Positions 36,001 through 49,449 of a DNA stretch of 64,000 nucleotides are shown here, piece by piece (position 1 is the stretch's first letter; every line of letters begins with the position of its first letter). Source of the stretch: Guillardia theta CCMP2712 (Eukaryota > Protista > Cryptophyta); NCBI RefSeq assembly GCF_000315625.1, contig NW_005434500.1, positions 1 through 64,000 of the forward strand, in the 5' to 3' direction. Made by a program: the position numbers and the translations under genes. The notes beneath the pieces are model-generated. The model searched no databases, was not told the origin of the DNA, and was given only the letters and a program-made list of their open reading frames with translations.

Positions 36001-36825
36001 GTGTCCGTCCCTCTCCTCTCCGGCGCCGTCCTTCTCTCCTTCCTGCCCTCCTCGCGCGGCTGCCCCTCATGGTGCAACGTTCCTAGAAAAATGCTCTAAA
36101 ATGTTTTTGAAGAATGTATATATAGTTGTTGAATAAAGCACCCTGTACCACTCGTCGTATTAAAATCTTTATTAAATTAAGTTGAAATTAAATATATTTA
36201 GTATGTACCAGAAAAGGGACCAGTGTGATAGATTGGTAATAACAGTTGGTTCGTTCCAGTACACAATTAATAATCTTTGTCTGATTCCGACAAAAACAGT
36301 TTTAAAAGTCACAAACCCTGTCGAATAAACTCGGGTGAACAGAGGGTAGGGGTACAACAGTACCCCTCATGTCTGTATGCTCTTATATGTCGGAACAAAG
36401 GGGGGGTCACATTCTCTACGGGTATTGTCCGTTACAGGATACGGGTGGGTATTGTCCGTTACAGTCAACGTCTTGTGCCGATGAAAAAGACGTTGTGTAG
36501 CCGTTACGTCCTCCTCGAATGCTGAGGCGGACTTTTCCGCTTCCGCGTCACAAATGCACCGGGATGAACGGGCTCCACCCCACCCTCTCGTTTAGGCCGA
36601 AATTAAGTGAGTAAACTATACCCCACCCAGTCTCTTGGTTCTTTTGACACCAAAGGGTAGGTACCCTCACCTTCAATTCACCATCCCTTTGTCATATTCG
36701 CACCGGTACTTGACATGGTTTTATCAGGCCAGGGCTGTGCGGGTAGGGTATATTTGTACGGAAACAAGAGGAGGCTGCAGAACTCTTCTGTGGTCGATCC
36801 TCCCCCGTCCCTCCCCCCCCCCCCG

Positions 36826-37318
36826 NNNNNNNNNNNNNNNNNNNNNNNNNNNNNNNNNNNNNNNNNNNNNNNNNNNNNNNNNNNNNNNNNNNNNNNNNNN
36901 NNNNNNNNNNNNNNNNNNNNNNNNNNNNNNNNNNNNNNNNNNNNNNNNNNNNNNNNNNNNNNNNNNNNNNNNNNNNNNNNNNNNNNNNNNNNNNNNNNNN
37001 NNNNNNNNNNNNNNNNNNNNNNNNNNNNNNNNNNNNNNNNNNNNNNNNNNNNNNNNNNNNNNNNNNNNNNNNNNNNNNNNNNNNNNNNNNNNNNNNNNNN
37101 NNNNNNNNNNNNNNNNNNNNNNNNNNNNNNNNNNNNNNNNNNNNNNNNNNNNNNNNNNNNNNNNNNNNNNNNNNNNNNNNNNNNNNNNNNNNNNNNNNNN
37201 NNNNNNNNNNNNNNNNNNNNNNNNNNNNNNNNNNNNNNNNNNNNNNNNNNNNNNNNNNNNNNNNNNNNNNNNNNNNNNNNNNNNNNNNNNNNNNNNNNNN
37301 NNNNNNNNNNNNNNNNNN
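36826..37318. other. Assembly gap
   Basis: Run of N. Confidence 1.
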
Positions 37319-38075
37319 TATGCCTAGTTTGGGATCAGCGCTGACACAACTTGGGTCGAGCAAGATGCACGTCCTGGAGCATCATACAATGTCTTCATGA
37401 GATGATGGTGAGCTATCAAAGGGTTAGAATGTAGATTCACAGATTCCCTCACTTTTCCCGACCGTACCTCGTCCGGATCGTCAGTACTTCATCAGAAGCT
37501 TGCTTAGTGCAGCTTGCATGTCCAAAGGAGAATGTCCTTCCCCATCATGATCCTCCCCCACCATGCTCCTCCCTCCCTCCCTCCCTCCCTCCCTCCCTCC
37601 CTCCCTCCCTCCCTCCCTCCCTCCCTCCCTTCCCTCACCCTCTTTCACCCTGTGAGAGGAGATGGAATACTCTGCATTGATCGCTGACATTTTCTTCAAC
37701 AGTTGGCTGATATTTTTGACGATCTTGGTACCCAGAATATTATTTATGTGAGCGAAAAGAAGATGTGCTTGACTCATTCTAAACTCTCATTCAGATTGGA
37801 CTTGGAGTCACAGTTGTGTCTATCATAGTTATGCTGGTTATTTTGTATCAGGATGGTGTAAGGTAAGCATCACTGGTACCTTTCATGAGCTGGCCATGGA
37901 TCAGGTTGGTGAAAAGTAAGAGTATGCAAGGCGAAATGAAAATGGATGAACCAGAAACTTCTTAAGAATACACTGAATGTGAAGAGTAATGATTCACACA
38001 GTGCCGTGAAAATCTCAATTTATTTGTTTCACGACGAGGGTTTGAATTTTGACCCCATTGCCTGCCCGCCGAGTC

Positions 38076-39650
38076 CTATTTCTTACATCGATTCTCGCAC
38101 TCCAAGAAGGGATAAGAACTGAGGTCATGCTTCACATACCTCGTTCCTCCGATGACCTGCAATGATACGTAAGGCGTGGTTGCCATCAATGTAGCCAGTA
38201 GTGAATGCAGATTACGCAATGAGGGCACCAATATGAACCTAACAGGAGGCACAGCGATCTTCACATATTCTCACCCTCTCAGGGAGTTCATCCTCAGCTT
38301 GTCCCTCCAACAGAACAACCAAATCGCATACAATCGCTTTGCATGCAGATTTGACCACCTGTTGAGTCCAAAATGCGTTACTACACCTGAGAGTATCAAG
38401 ACACGGTCTACCATACCTTGACAATGGCTGAAGCAGCAAGAGAAGAATTCACATCGCATGTACACTCAATCATATCACTCGTCTGTTGGTAGTAACATGA
38501 CAGCTTATTTCCTGAAGAAGACTTCAAATTTGACCCATGGAAACAAACTGAACAGGCTCAAATGTAAAGTACCTATCAGTGCCGGTACTGGTTTTCCGAT
38601 AGTTTTCTTCACAACCTGCATCCATAAGAATCAATAATTCAACCATGGTGTGAAGTCAAATGATGACTACCCAGTTCGCATCCACCACTGACGTGATAAG
38701 CTTTAATCGTTTGTTCTTGTACTCATCATTGCCGTCAAGGAACCGTTTGAAGCATGTAGCGAACGGTTTGTCGGACTCCAAAACCCCCTTCTTGAGCTCA
38801 AAGATCATCACTGTATGCATCGGCCGAAGATCAAAATGCATGACAAAAATGAAATCCTTTCTGCCAGCTGCTCTTGCCCGGTTGTAATATGAATCGGATC
38901 TGTCCATTGAAAAGCGACAGATCTCATTGGTTGAAAACCCTGACAATTCCACGAGATCAAATGCAGATTCTTGTGAAGGGTACTTAATCTTATCCTTCAG
39001 ATAATTGCCTCCACGAACATTGAACAAGGTAGCATCGATTGCCTCGAAAGAAGTAGAGTCTAGCCCAAATTGTATTGTGTGAACAGCAGCTGGAACACCC
39101 GTGGCTTTGATTGGGATGGGGTTTGCTTTCTTCGGTTCTCCAACACCCTGCGAGTTCTTTTCATTCTGTGAATTTTCTCGTGATAAGCTCCCATGCTCAC
39201 TCCCATTCATGGTTTGGTTGTATTTGAAAGTATTCCCGGAAGTCTCGAACCAAAGTTCTGCAGATTACAAAGGATCCCTAGAAGAGACTCTCACGGGGCA
39301 AAAGAAGACGAAGAGTCCACCCTGATCGCCTGCTCAAGCCGATAGACCTGATAGATTGAGTGTTGGATTCAAGTTTTCCAACGCTACAAGGTTCAATCAA
39401 AAGCTGGTGTTAATAATCCCGGCAGATTTCTTTGGATGCACTCATGCAAATGAAGCAAACCACAGGAATTTCAGTCTCACAAAAAGCAATCTAGAACAAG
39501 CTGAGCACCGAAGAGAACCTGGCGTATACGAACACGTCGGAGATCGATAGTAGGCCTCCGTTACACCAGGGAGGATTTTCAGCCTCGCTAGTCTCAGCAC
39601 AAACCGATGGGCACCGAGGCAGGAGCGAAGCTCTCTGAGTGTTGGATGAA
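38076..39650 (-). CDS. EDR2 C-terminal (DUF1336) domain protein, multi-exon
   Basis: FNVRGGNYLKDKIKYPS, FKRFLDGNDEYKNKRLKLI, KPVPALIG, DLVVLLEGQAEDELPER; 5' end approximate. Confidence 0.9.
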
Positions 39651-39769
39651 GAGGGGCGAAGGGAGGGGAGGAGGAGGAGGAGTGTGAGGCCCAGGAGACT
39701 GATGGCAGGAAGCCGACGGCCAAGGTTGCAGGTGATCTGGGGGGACAAGATGCGTGCGAGCAAGCTGAG

Positions 39770-40260
39770 TAGGGTAGGGGTACGGGTGATGGTTGTGGGG
39801 GAATGGTAGGGTGGGGGTGGATACGCAGGTGAGTCAACGATGTAGGGCTGGTCTCAGGGGGGGTAGGGGTCATCTGAATTGCCAGTACTACCCGGGTACT
39901 TTCCATCGATATTTTTGCGGGCTGGGGGAATGAGGGGATGGGGTGGGTCCTCATTTGAACACCAGCCGTGTAGGCCTTGAACACCAGTTGACGCTGGTGC
40001 CTGGCACTCCCGTTGAATGTGGCTGTAGGAGGGGGGTGGGGTAGGGGAGGGAGGGCAAGGGCTTTCAAGCATCTAGTAGTCTTCCTGCGAAAAGAAGGAA
40101 TGTTGCAAGAGTTTAGATATTTAATACCATTCGCCGGACCATATCAACTCATTTGTGTGGGAGAGTAGGCCCGGATGCGCTGCTTTTTTAACCTTTCATC
40201 AGCCTGGAGTACCACGTAGGGGGTAGGGTGGGTCTAGGGCTAGGGTAGGGGTAGGGGTCA
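39770..40260. other. GGGT-rich tract with a degenerate TAGGG cluster
   Basis: TAGGGGGTAGGGTGGGTCTAGGGCTAGGGTAGGGGTAGGGG at ~40217-40257. Confidence 0.55.
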
Positions 40261-40299
40261 GGTTGGCAATGGCCGCGGGTGGCGGCCTCCTGTAGCTCA

Positions 40300-41150
40300 T
40301 CAGTTGCCAATCTTGGGCCGTACCGGGGCCGAAGCGGAACTCAGTACGGTACTACCGTAGTACTAGGCTTTCAGTAAAAGAACTCGTTGAAGCGCTTCAA
40401 GGCGAGTCACTGCAGGCTGACTCTGAGCCTGAATAGCCAACCGTACTCGGTCTGAACGGTGTACCGCCTGGCCAGTCACGGGAGCAAGAAAGATGTCACT
40501 GGCCATAGAGCAGTGCTCTATGTATGAGAGGACTGACAGTGAGCACCGTCACTGAGCCTTTGCTGCCAGCGGCGACACTCCTCGCGGCCGCGGCCCCGGA
40601 CTGACGCCGTTCCGGCCCGGCCAGGCCTCAGGCTCCCGGAGTCCGGCGGGCCCGGCCGGGTCACTGTTGCGGCCAGACGGTGAGTGCCAGTGGTGGCTGA
40701 GAGGCTCCGATCGCCGGGCGCCGCCGGCCGGGCCGGGCAGCCCGTGAGTCCGACGGTCGGAGGCTCAGTCGGGGGCACCGTGACTGCCCCCGACATCACC
40801 CGGCCTCGGACTCGGACTTGGCCGCTATAGGCTCGCAGGTCCAGCTGTACTACGGTAGTGGCGCGCTGGCAGCGTCGTCAGCGACGGAGCGTGCCCGGCG
40901 GCCGACCGCGAGGCTGTCGCCGCGCATACTGTGACAGCCTCTGGCAGGCCACTGATCGGATACCGTACGGTAGTATGCCGCATACCGTCTGCAGCCCGTT
41001 GAGACGGTCGTATCGTCACACGTACTCTACAGTACTGTGACCGTACTGACAGTCATCTACTGGTAATCGCCTGAACTTTGAGTAAAGCACCAGTAATCGC
41101 CCGAGAGTCTGGCTTAGCCGGCGGCGGCTGATCAGAATGATCGGACCCAG
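40300..41150. repeat. GC-rich GTSAC/GASTC motif patch
   Basis: Same motif vocabulary as the other patches. Confidence 0.75.
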
Positions 41151-41160
41151 GCAATGCAAG

Positions 41161-41399
41161 GAGCCTTCGAATGATATGATGTAGAAGCCTTGGAATGATA
41201 TGATGTAGAAGCCTTGGAATGATATGATGTAGAAGCCTTGGAATGATATGATGTAGAAGCCTTGGAATGATATGATGTAGAAGCCTTGGAATGATATGAT
41301 GTAGAAGCCTTGGAATGATATGATGTAGAAGCCTTCTAATGATATGATGTAGAAGCCTTCTAATGATATGATGTAGAAGCCTTCTAATGATATGATGTA
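41161..41399. repeat. 24-bp minisatellite, 10 copies
   Basis: GAAGCCTT(GG/CT)AATGATATGATGTA: one variant unit, six GG units, three CT units. Confidence 0.95.
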
Positions 41400-41737
41400 A
41401 GGAGCACGGTCAATCCCATGAGTTCATTTCTCCTTCTCTCATTCTTGTGACCTCACGACTCGTTGAAACTTCAACTCTCCCTCTGTCTCGCCGCAGAGCC
41501 CTCGGTCGATGCGATGAGTTCACACGAGGTGTTGACAACAGTGTGACTGATCAAAGAGAGGCCTGAGAACTTGAATTCCTTCTCGAATCACCAGACAAGA
41601 CCAGATTGTTGGGAATGCGAAATCGTTCATGGAGTGAGAAATCAAGTTCAAATTTCAATGTCATAACAGAGAAATAATCAGTACAGGATGATATGAGGTA
41701 TTGCAACTCCTGCTCACAGAGCAGTCTTTTTGTATCT

Positions 41738-42460
41738 TCACAAAACCATCTGACAGACAGGAAGCAAGAGTGCTGCGATCACCAAGTAGTCAGGAACAGT
41801 CGAAACCAGCAGCCAGGGCACGCCCAGGTCAAACACAAGGGGATACAGTCCTCGGAACGTGAGCCAGACCCAACCAAGTTGAGCAGCCGACTTGACGTTG
41901 ATGAAGAGAGCATGCATCCATAACGCCACGAGGAAAGCTGTAGATTGTTCGAGCATGTTTCCCACCGTGCGATCGCCGTTCAATGCCAGATACTTGCTGC
42001 CTGCTGCGGAGTTGTACTTGACATCCATCAAGGAGGGAGGCTTAGTGTCTTTCTTACTGTCGTCCTTCATCTTCTTGTGCGCATAGAACTTGGTCCAGGA
42101 CTGGTAGAAGAGGAAGGTATACAACAGCACCGCCCACCCTATGGTTACTCGAATCACAGGAGAAAGAGCTCGCAACGCATCAGTTCCCAGGAAGGAGGAG
42201 GAAGAGGAGGAGGAGGAGGAGGAGGAGGGATAGATATCTTGGATGGAGCTCGAGATCACATAGATCATCGCTACCGCCATCGCTCCGCATGAGCTCAAGG
42301 GCAGCCAACCCAACTGCATGGCGGGTCTTACGTGTGCAAGGATTGAGGCGGGCTCGAAGGACAGTTTGCTGGGTGCGTTCCTGTACGCGTACAGCACAGG
42401 ATAAGGCTCAACTGCTCCCCGCTCCCCCCACGCCGCATCCCCCCACCCGCGCAAGTACAC
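41738..42460 (-). CDS. MAPEG family membrane protein
   Basis: GDRTVGNMLEQSTAFLVALW...GWVWLTFRGLYP and hydrophobic helices; true start may lie downstream. Confidence 0.85.
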   Translation of the reverse strand: MYLRGWGDAAWGERGAVEPYPVLYAYRNAPSKLSFEPASILAHVRPAMQLGWLPLSSCGAMAVAMIYVISSSIQDIYPSSSSSSSSSSSFLGTDALRALSPVIRVTIGWAVLLYTFLFYQSWTKFYAHKKMKDDSKKDTKPPSLMDVKYNSAAGSKYLALNGDRTVGNMLEQSTAFLVALWMHALFINVKSAAQLGWVWLTFRGLYPLVFDLGVPWLLVSTVPDYLVIAALLLPVCQMVL

Positions 42461-42575
42461 TCAACCTCCTCCTCCTTTTCCTCCTCCTCCTTTTCCTCCT
42501 CCTCATCCACCTTTTCTTTTCTCTTGCTGCCTCCTGTCCTACTCGAGCTGCTGCTGCTCCAGCCTCCGTTCAAGA

Positions 42576-44392
42576 ATGGGAAAACAAGGTGAACTTAAAG
42601 CAGCACTGACTAGCTTTGAAAGCCCAATAGAGATTCAAATTCTGGAACAATCCAAACCAACTTCTAGGAAACAAGTCAAGCTCTCCAATTATGCTGTCAA
42701 GGAAATCGAGCGCATGGCTGAAGAGCAAAATCTCAAAGAGATATTAGACCATTTGAGGTGTCATCGCAAGATGAGGATCCAGTCCGGCCAACATAAGTCA
42801 ATGGCTATCGAGATTGATGCTAGCGTGACTTTCCGATTCATAGCAGGTTTGTTCGACATTCGGTGTCCCTACTTCGCCCCGCAGGTTATCATAGTCTTGA
42901 ATCTAATTCATTTGACATCTTCGTAGATCATCTACTTACAGCATGAGCGACATCGATTAAGAAGCCAGACAGCGTCAGAGGCACCTTGCTTTACATTGTG
43001 GTTTTGGAACACTCATTTTGTGAACGACTACTACTATGCGAACAGTCGATGGAACAGAATCGAGGAGACGTACATTCAAGTGAATTTCATTGACGGACCT
43101 CTCGTTCCCAAAGACTTCCTTGAACCAAGATGCTACTTTCACAGTCTAGATGGCAAAAATCAAAGAAGGAATGATCACAAACTCCAGCCTCTTTCTACCA
43201 AGTCCAACAAGACCTTGCCAGATCAAGTCTCCGTCGTGTTTGAGCCGCCAGACACACTGATCGTGAAAGCAAAAGATCGAGCCACAGTACAAGGCGGACG
43301 ACAGCGAGCGCACATCTCATCCTACTCGCTCATAGCTAAGCGCATCACGCGAACCGTGAAACCCAAGTTGGAAGGAGCAGCAGTGACGTGCCAACTTTCA
43401 GCCTTGCGGGAGCTCATCGGCTGCATCTACGTCTGTCTTGGTGGAGATGATGATGAGAAAACTAATGCAGTTGACGGGAACAAGTTGAGATTCATCAACA
43501 GGATCCGCCAAATCTCCTGTGTGTCAAACTGTCTGCAACCAATCCTGACAGAGGTGACTTGGATTCTTCAGCAATATTTCAACAAGATACCTCAGATCAC
43601 ATGTTCGATGCTGCCTAAAGAAATGAGAGTGTACAATGTCACGTTGAAGAACTCTGAGAACATTGAAGAACACTTTGACTTTGTTGCAGCTCTGAAGGAA
43701 TCCGAACGAGGTGGCAAGTTCGACTTGAACAAGTTCGTCTTCTTTCTGGCACGGCATATGTTTCTCTTTGGACTATCCGATGGAGAACAAACGCAATGGA
43801 ATCTAAAAAAGATCAGTGAAAACTGTCAAGCGATTGTGACGCTATTCGAATACAAGGTAAAAGAGAAATATCAAGATCGTCCGAAGCTTGTAGCGGTAGC
43901 ACAAAACTTCAAGACGAATCATCAAGCCAAACTGCAAGACGAGGTAATGTATGCATTTACTTCGATATTCACTGATCCAAAGCTTTTCTCAGGAAACATT
44001 AATGAAGATTTTGGATTCAATTGAACAATTGAATGAAGAAAAGAAGTCGTTCTTCGATGAGAACAAAGAAATATCTAAATTCTGGTCTCAAACCATCAAG
44101 ATGCCTTTCAACGTGGCATTGGAACCGCAACAAGGCAAATATCCGCCCGTCCAAGACTTTCACCACCATCTTCATGTAAGTCGATCCAAACCTTTGAGCA
44201 GTTCCGCCCTTCGCCCTCCCTCCCTCCCTCCCCCCGATCGCCCAATCCCATTCCCTTGCCTCCATCTCATACAGCTCGCGAGTTGACGATATGTATTGTC
44301 TGCAGGGGCTCATGAATGAGATCGAGGAGGTGCGGCGGTTACTGGGGCAGGCGACGATCGACCAGGTGTCAATCGCCTGTCAGACTGATTGA
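42576..44392 (+). CDS. Multi-exon hypothetical protein
   Basis: Long ORFs joined by plausible GT-AG introns (e.g. 43944-43992); no family recognised. Confidence 0.7.
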
Positions 44393-44419
44393 CCACTTGA
44401 GCTCCCAGCCCTACCATCT

Positions 44420-45960
44420 GCTTCAAAGCTGATTTTGACTTGCTGGATCATTAACAAATCAGCACTTGCCCCTCCTTCGACTCCTGCGCGCTGATGCAAA
44501 TTCCCCCCAACCCCTTCCCCCTCCTCTTCCCCTCTTTGAGACTCAGGATACATGTATCTCCCCGCCTGCTATCAGTCAACGTCGAATGTACGCACAGATT
44601 TGCTGTCCCGTCGGGCCGCTAAGAACATGGCGAGCTGAGAAATCTTCAACGTACGGTCGTGGCGAGGCGGAGAAGGAATTTACAGCTGGAGTTGGCTTTT
44701 ACTCCGTTGACCATACACGTACACACGACTTTGACCCAACCCTCACGCTACCAGATTGCCCGGCTGATCTTCGAACTCAGTGATCCCTCCATAACCTGCC
44801 CACACATGCCGTCAGACGAGTCGAGCTCGTGATGGAGTCGCTCACCGCCAGGATCGAGAGGACCAGCATTGTGAGTCCACCTGTAGAGGGTTTGAGGAGC
44901 CGACAGCGAGGAGGGAGCAGTTCTTACCATGATGTGCAGGAGGAGTGATCGTACTCCCACGAGTTGAGCAGCGGGCAGTGGCATGTCGTCGCTCCCATGC
45001 CTGCTCGCGTTGTTACAACAGAGCAGAGAGATCGGAGGGGAGGTGAAGTCACCATTGCTGCCGCTGGTGTAGCACTGGCACGTGTTGCAGCAGTAGTAGT
45101 TGCAACTGCAGGAGGGAAGAGGAAGAGGAAGAGGGAGGGAGGAGAGGAGGAGGAGAGGAAAAAAGTAGGATTACGATAGGGAAACTGATCAATGCTGGTC
45201 TCACCAGCCATAACATCCCCTATCCATCAACGTGAGCGCTCCCCAGGCACTTCCGCACGAGCATTCCTACAGGAGGTGTCAGGGCGGCGAGGTCGCCACC
45301 AGCCACTTACCAGGTAGCGCTCGCCCTCGTCGATGCTGCAGTCACAACCATCCTACAAGCACGGTTATCGCACACCGGCGCTGCTTCTGCGAGCACCTGT
45401 GAGGGGTCGTAGGACTCGATTTCCTGGTGCCACCCTGACGTCTGATCGTATCCGAAGGGATACCCGTAGTGAGGATGGTTCTCTCCCTCTGACAATGATT
45501 GTCCGTGTCGCCTGCACCCCCTCAGCTGCACCCCAGCTGTCCGGACGGAACTCACAGGTGTTGCACGAGGTGGCGGGCCAGCATGGAGTACATGGCTGGC
45601 GATTTCTTGGCGTACACGATATGGTCGAGCGTCTTCTCGAGCCGCTTCAAGCTCTCAGTCTTCACTCCCCTCGGCGCTCGCAGGTTCCGATACGACGCCT
45701 TGTCCTCGGCTGTCAGTCTACCCGTCAGCATCGGTGAATCACGACGTCAAGTCCTACGGTGAAACTGCGGGCGAACTTGCTTAAGCATGACGGACTTTTC
45801 TGTCGCTCCCGTTCGACTTGTTACGGTGCGCATAAGAAGAACTGTAGCGGGTCAGGCACATTCATTCCACCTCCATGCAGCTGCTCACCTGCCATGATCA
45901 GCCCCAGGGCTGCGACACACAATGCTGCTACCCCAGACGCTGAAGATCTCGTCATGAGAA
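44420..45960 (-). CDS. Possible multi-exon membrane-anchored protein
   Basis: N-terminal hydrophobic SGVAALCVAALGLIMAG and coding-like exons; function unknown. Confidence 0.4.
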
Positions 45961-46205
45961 CATGTCCAAGGCGAGGAGAAAGAATCAGGAGAGAGGGCAA
46001 CATCAGGACATGCATACAACATCCAAATACAGCAGTCAACCACAAGGCTAATAGAGTAGCGCTCAGGAGGGAGAGGAGAATAGTGGAAATGAAGGAGAGA
46101 AAGCGCGGGGAGGCAGCAGGAAAGAGAGGAGAGAGACATCAGACAGCAACCAACAAACAGGAGACAGGAGATAAGAGATAACATACAGGGAGGGGAAGGC
46201 GACAT

Positions 46206-46460
46206 GGAGCGGAAGGAGACAGGGAGCGGAAGGAGACAGGGAGCGGAAGGAGACAGGGAGCGGAAGGAGACAGGGAGCGGAAGGAGACAGGGAGCGGAAG
46301 GAGACAGGGAGCGGAAGGAGACAGGGAGCGGAAGGAGACAGGGAGCGGAAGGAGACAGGGAGCGGAAGGAGACAGGGAGCGAAAGGAGACAGGGAGCGGA
46401 AGGAGACAGGGAGCGGAAGGAGACAGGGAGCGGAAGGAGACAGGGAGCGGAAGGAGACAG
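46206..46460. repeat. 17-bp minisatellite (GGAGCGGAAGGAGACAG), ~15 copies
   Basis: Directly visible. Confidence 0.95.
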
Positions 46461-46764
46461 GGAGCAGGGAGACAGGGAGCAGGGAGAGGCTTCATGGCAT
46501 CGATACCCTTCATGGCGTTGCGAGGAGTCAAAGCCCTCATCCCCTCACATTTGACATCAATTGATGTAACGGTCAATGTAACCGCTACTTTCCATCCCCG
46601 CGCTGACCCATCAGTCCGAGTCAAACATCAGTGCTGGTCAAACTCAGTGGTCAAACTCTACAATCGGCGCCACTGTTTCATGGCGGACGTTTCCTCAGCT
46701 CGGACATGGCGGCGCTGCCGTCAAGAGGAGTCGCACATGCCACTTGTCATGAGCTTCTAAGGGG

Positions 46765-49430
46765 ATGCCGGCAGCGCGTAAGAGAGGAGCGCTGCTGCTG
46801 ACTGCTCTGCTCCTTCTGTGGGCTCTAGTGCAGATTGCCTTCTGGTACTGGCTCCAAGGCAAAGGAAGCAGGGCGAGACGCGCTGTGCAAGTTCGAGTGG
46901 TGGAGGACAAGGCCATGGTGGAGATCGTCGGTCAATCGGAGGACGAGAAGGTCTGGTTCACCAGGGACGGCACCCAGCCCAATCCTTCCTCGTCCGAGGT
47001 CTACCATGGAGCCTTCTTGCTGCGGCAGGGCATATGGACGATTAGCGCTGCAGCATGGAGGGGAGGGAAGAGGGTGGGGCATGTGGTACGGACCAGGAGG
47101 ATAGTGTGCAGGAGAGGGGAAAACTTTCTTGTGAGCTGCAGGGTGAGGAACTCTACAGGGCCTGCGAGCCTTTCCTGGAGGACATGCAGCCTGGAGCTGA
47201 ACCGGCGGCTGCGAGAGGTGAAGGACGTGCTGGTGGAGGAGAACGTGACGATCCACTCGATCTCGGAGGAGAGGTAACGCAAGCGTACGAGGGAGGGGTC
47301 GCTGACATGCTTTTCCTCCGCAGGAAGCCGCGCATGCAGCTCAAGGTGGTGGGCTCGACTATGGATGAAGCATGCAGGACTGCGCTGTCCTCAGATTGGT
47401 CGGAGTGCCGCGGCCTCACTGGGTCGTCTTCTCCTCCTCCTCTCCCGCTCCTCGCCTTCCGCATCTCCTACGTCGCGAGCATCGAGTGCGGATTCATCGG
47501 GATGAGGATGAGGGACGGGGAGCTCGGCTATGGGGGGCTGCCGATGGACAGGAGCAGGTTCTTCCGGCACGATCCTTCTCTCCCCCTTCCTGTCTACGAC
47601 GTGATGGAGGAGGAGGAGGAGGGAGGAGGCGGGAGGGCTCGTCTGCTCTCCTACGACGAGCTTGCGATGATTCCCCTTGCCGACATGCCAGGTGAAGACT
47701 CATGGCATCAGCTGCTCCCCAGGCTCCTATGGATGATGCACATCCTTCCAGCTACCGTCAAGTTCCTGCTGCCTCCTCCTCAAGGAGCCCTGCGGGACAT
47801 CCTCTCCCTCCTCGCGCAGGAGAGCCTCCAGGAGCTCTTCGATGCCTCCCGCCTCGTCTTGTGGTCTCCAAACTTCTTCGTCGCCCAACGGCTCTACTTC
47901 TATGGGGAGTCTCCCTTCCTTCGCTCCTCATCCCCCCGAAAGAGACTTCCTCCTCCTCCTCCCCTCCTCCTCCGTAACTGCCGGGCGGTTCTCCGGAGCC
48001 TCCCTGGTCTCAGAGCCCTCGACTCCTACCTCCTCCTCGTCCCTCACGGCTACTTCGACTGGGACCCAGATAACCTGCAGCAGGCAGCTCTTGCCTTGTC
48101 TGTCTTCCTCCGGCGTGGTCCCATCCGCTACCGGGTGGTGGAGGAGGGGAGGGAGAGAATCGAGCTACCGCAGGACGGAGAGGGAGCTCAGTCCGAGGAG
48201 GGTAAAAACTTCCGTCCTCACTCTCCCCTCCTCTCCCTCCTCTCCCTCTTTGCCGAAGCTCGCGCCGTCATCGGCGTGCATGGCAGGATGCTCGGGTACA
48301 TCCTCTGGTGCTCCCCGGGCACGAGCGTGATCGAGATCGGACCCTCTACCCAGCTGGCAAGCTACAAGGAGGAAGGGGAGCCGCAGGAGCTGCGGGGAAG
48401 GCCGTGGGACAGTCGCTATCATGAGCTAGCGGCGGCCCTCAACATCCGTTTCTCAATCCTCCCCGCAAGCTGGACGAACTCCTTCTCCTCCCTTCCTTCT
48501 TCCCTTCCGCCTCCCTCCTCCGCTCCCTCCTCCGCTCCTTCCTCCTTGCCGTCCTCCGTCGCCATCGACGTTCGTCTCCTCCTTCTATGGCTCGTCGATG
48601 AGTTCGAAGATGGGGAGTCTGAAGTCGTCCTGCCAATTAGCAGCCGAACTCTCTGCGAAGATCGCGGGATGAATCTTGCGCTGCGAGGCAGGACGAGGTC
48701 GTCGGGCGGGGAGGTCGGGCATGAGGGGGACAAGACTGTGGACGGAAAGCTGGAGACAGCATGGGAGACGTACGGGGACGATGACCACTGGATCGAAGTC
48801 GAGCTGCGTGAGAGGGGGAGTGCGTGCGGTGTGCTGGTGGAATGGGGCTCGACGCTTCCCAGCTCCTTTCGCGTCCTGCTCTCCACAGTAGGAGGGTGGC
48901 CGGAGAAGGAGCAGCAGGACGCGTCTCCCTTCGATCTAACCCGCGTGCGAGATCGTCTGTTGGAGAGGAGGAGCAGGGAGATCGGTCATCTGTTGCTGCT
49001 TCCTCCTACTGGAATTGACGATCAATACTCGCAGATGACCCGCTGAACGCGTCGCTGCTTGTCAGACGCTCCCTCCTGTCCTTGCAGGAATCTTCTCCTC
49101 CCCTGTGCTCGTTCACCTGCTCTCCGCTCCTCCGCTTCTTCCTTGCGAGGAATGGGTGAGAATCTTTCCCTTCCTGCTGACCTCGTCTCCCTGCTCTTGT
49201 GGACTCGCAACCTGTCTTGTGCCCCTCCGCTTGTCTGACTTTCTCACTTCCCTCCCTCATCTTCCTTCACAGCATCAAGGCAAACTCGACAGAAGACTGC
49301 AGGCACTCAAAGCTCTGTGCACTCAGATGTGAAGGAAGCGGGGAAGGTCGAGGATGCGTTTGTACCTGGCAGGAGCAGCTGTACAGATCACCAGAGCGAT
49401 TGCGCCCTGTCAACCTGACGGAGAGGTAGA
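46765..49430 (+). CDS. Type II membrane glycosyltransferase: TM + CHB_HEX_C/Fn3-associated domain + GT61-like domain + F5/8 type C (CBM32-like) domain
   Basis: TM LLLTALLLLWALV; VWFTRDGTQP..SEVY; intron ~47274-47323; FAEARAVIGVHGRMLGYILWCSPGTSVIEI (GT61); NLALRG..VDGKLETAW..DHWIEVEL (F5/8C). Confidence 0.8.
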
Positions 49431-49449
49431 AGAAGACAGTGAGATGTTA

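Noticed and set aside
40217-40257. Interstitial telomere
   Set aside because: TAGGG units are irregular and few; treated as part of the GGGT-rich tract.
41161-41399. CRISPR-like array
   Set aside because: No unique spacers; a simple minisatellite.
47055-47323. N-terminal part of the 663-aa ORF
   Set aside because: Alternative frame of exon 1 plus intron; the 46765 frame carries the TM and the recognisable domain.
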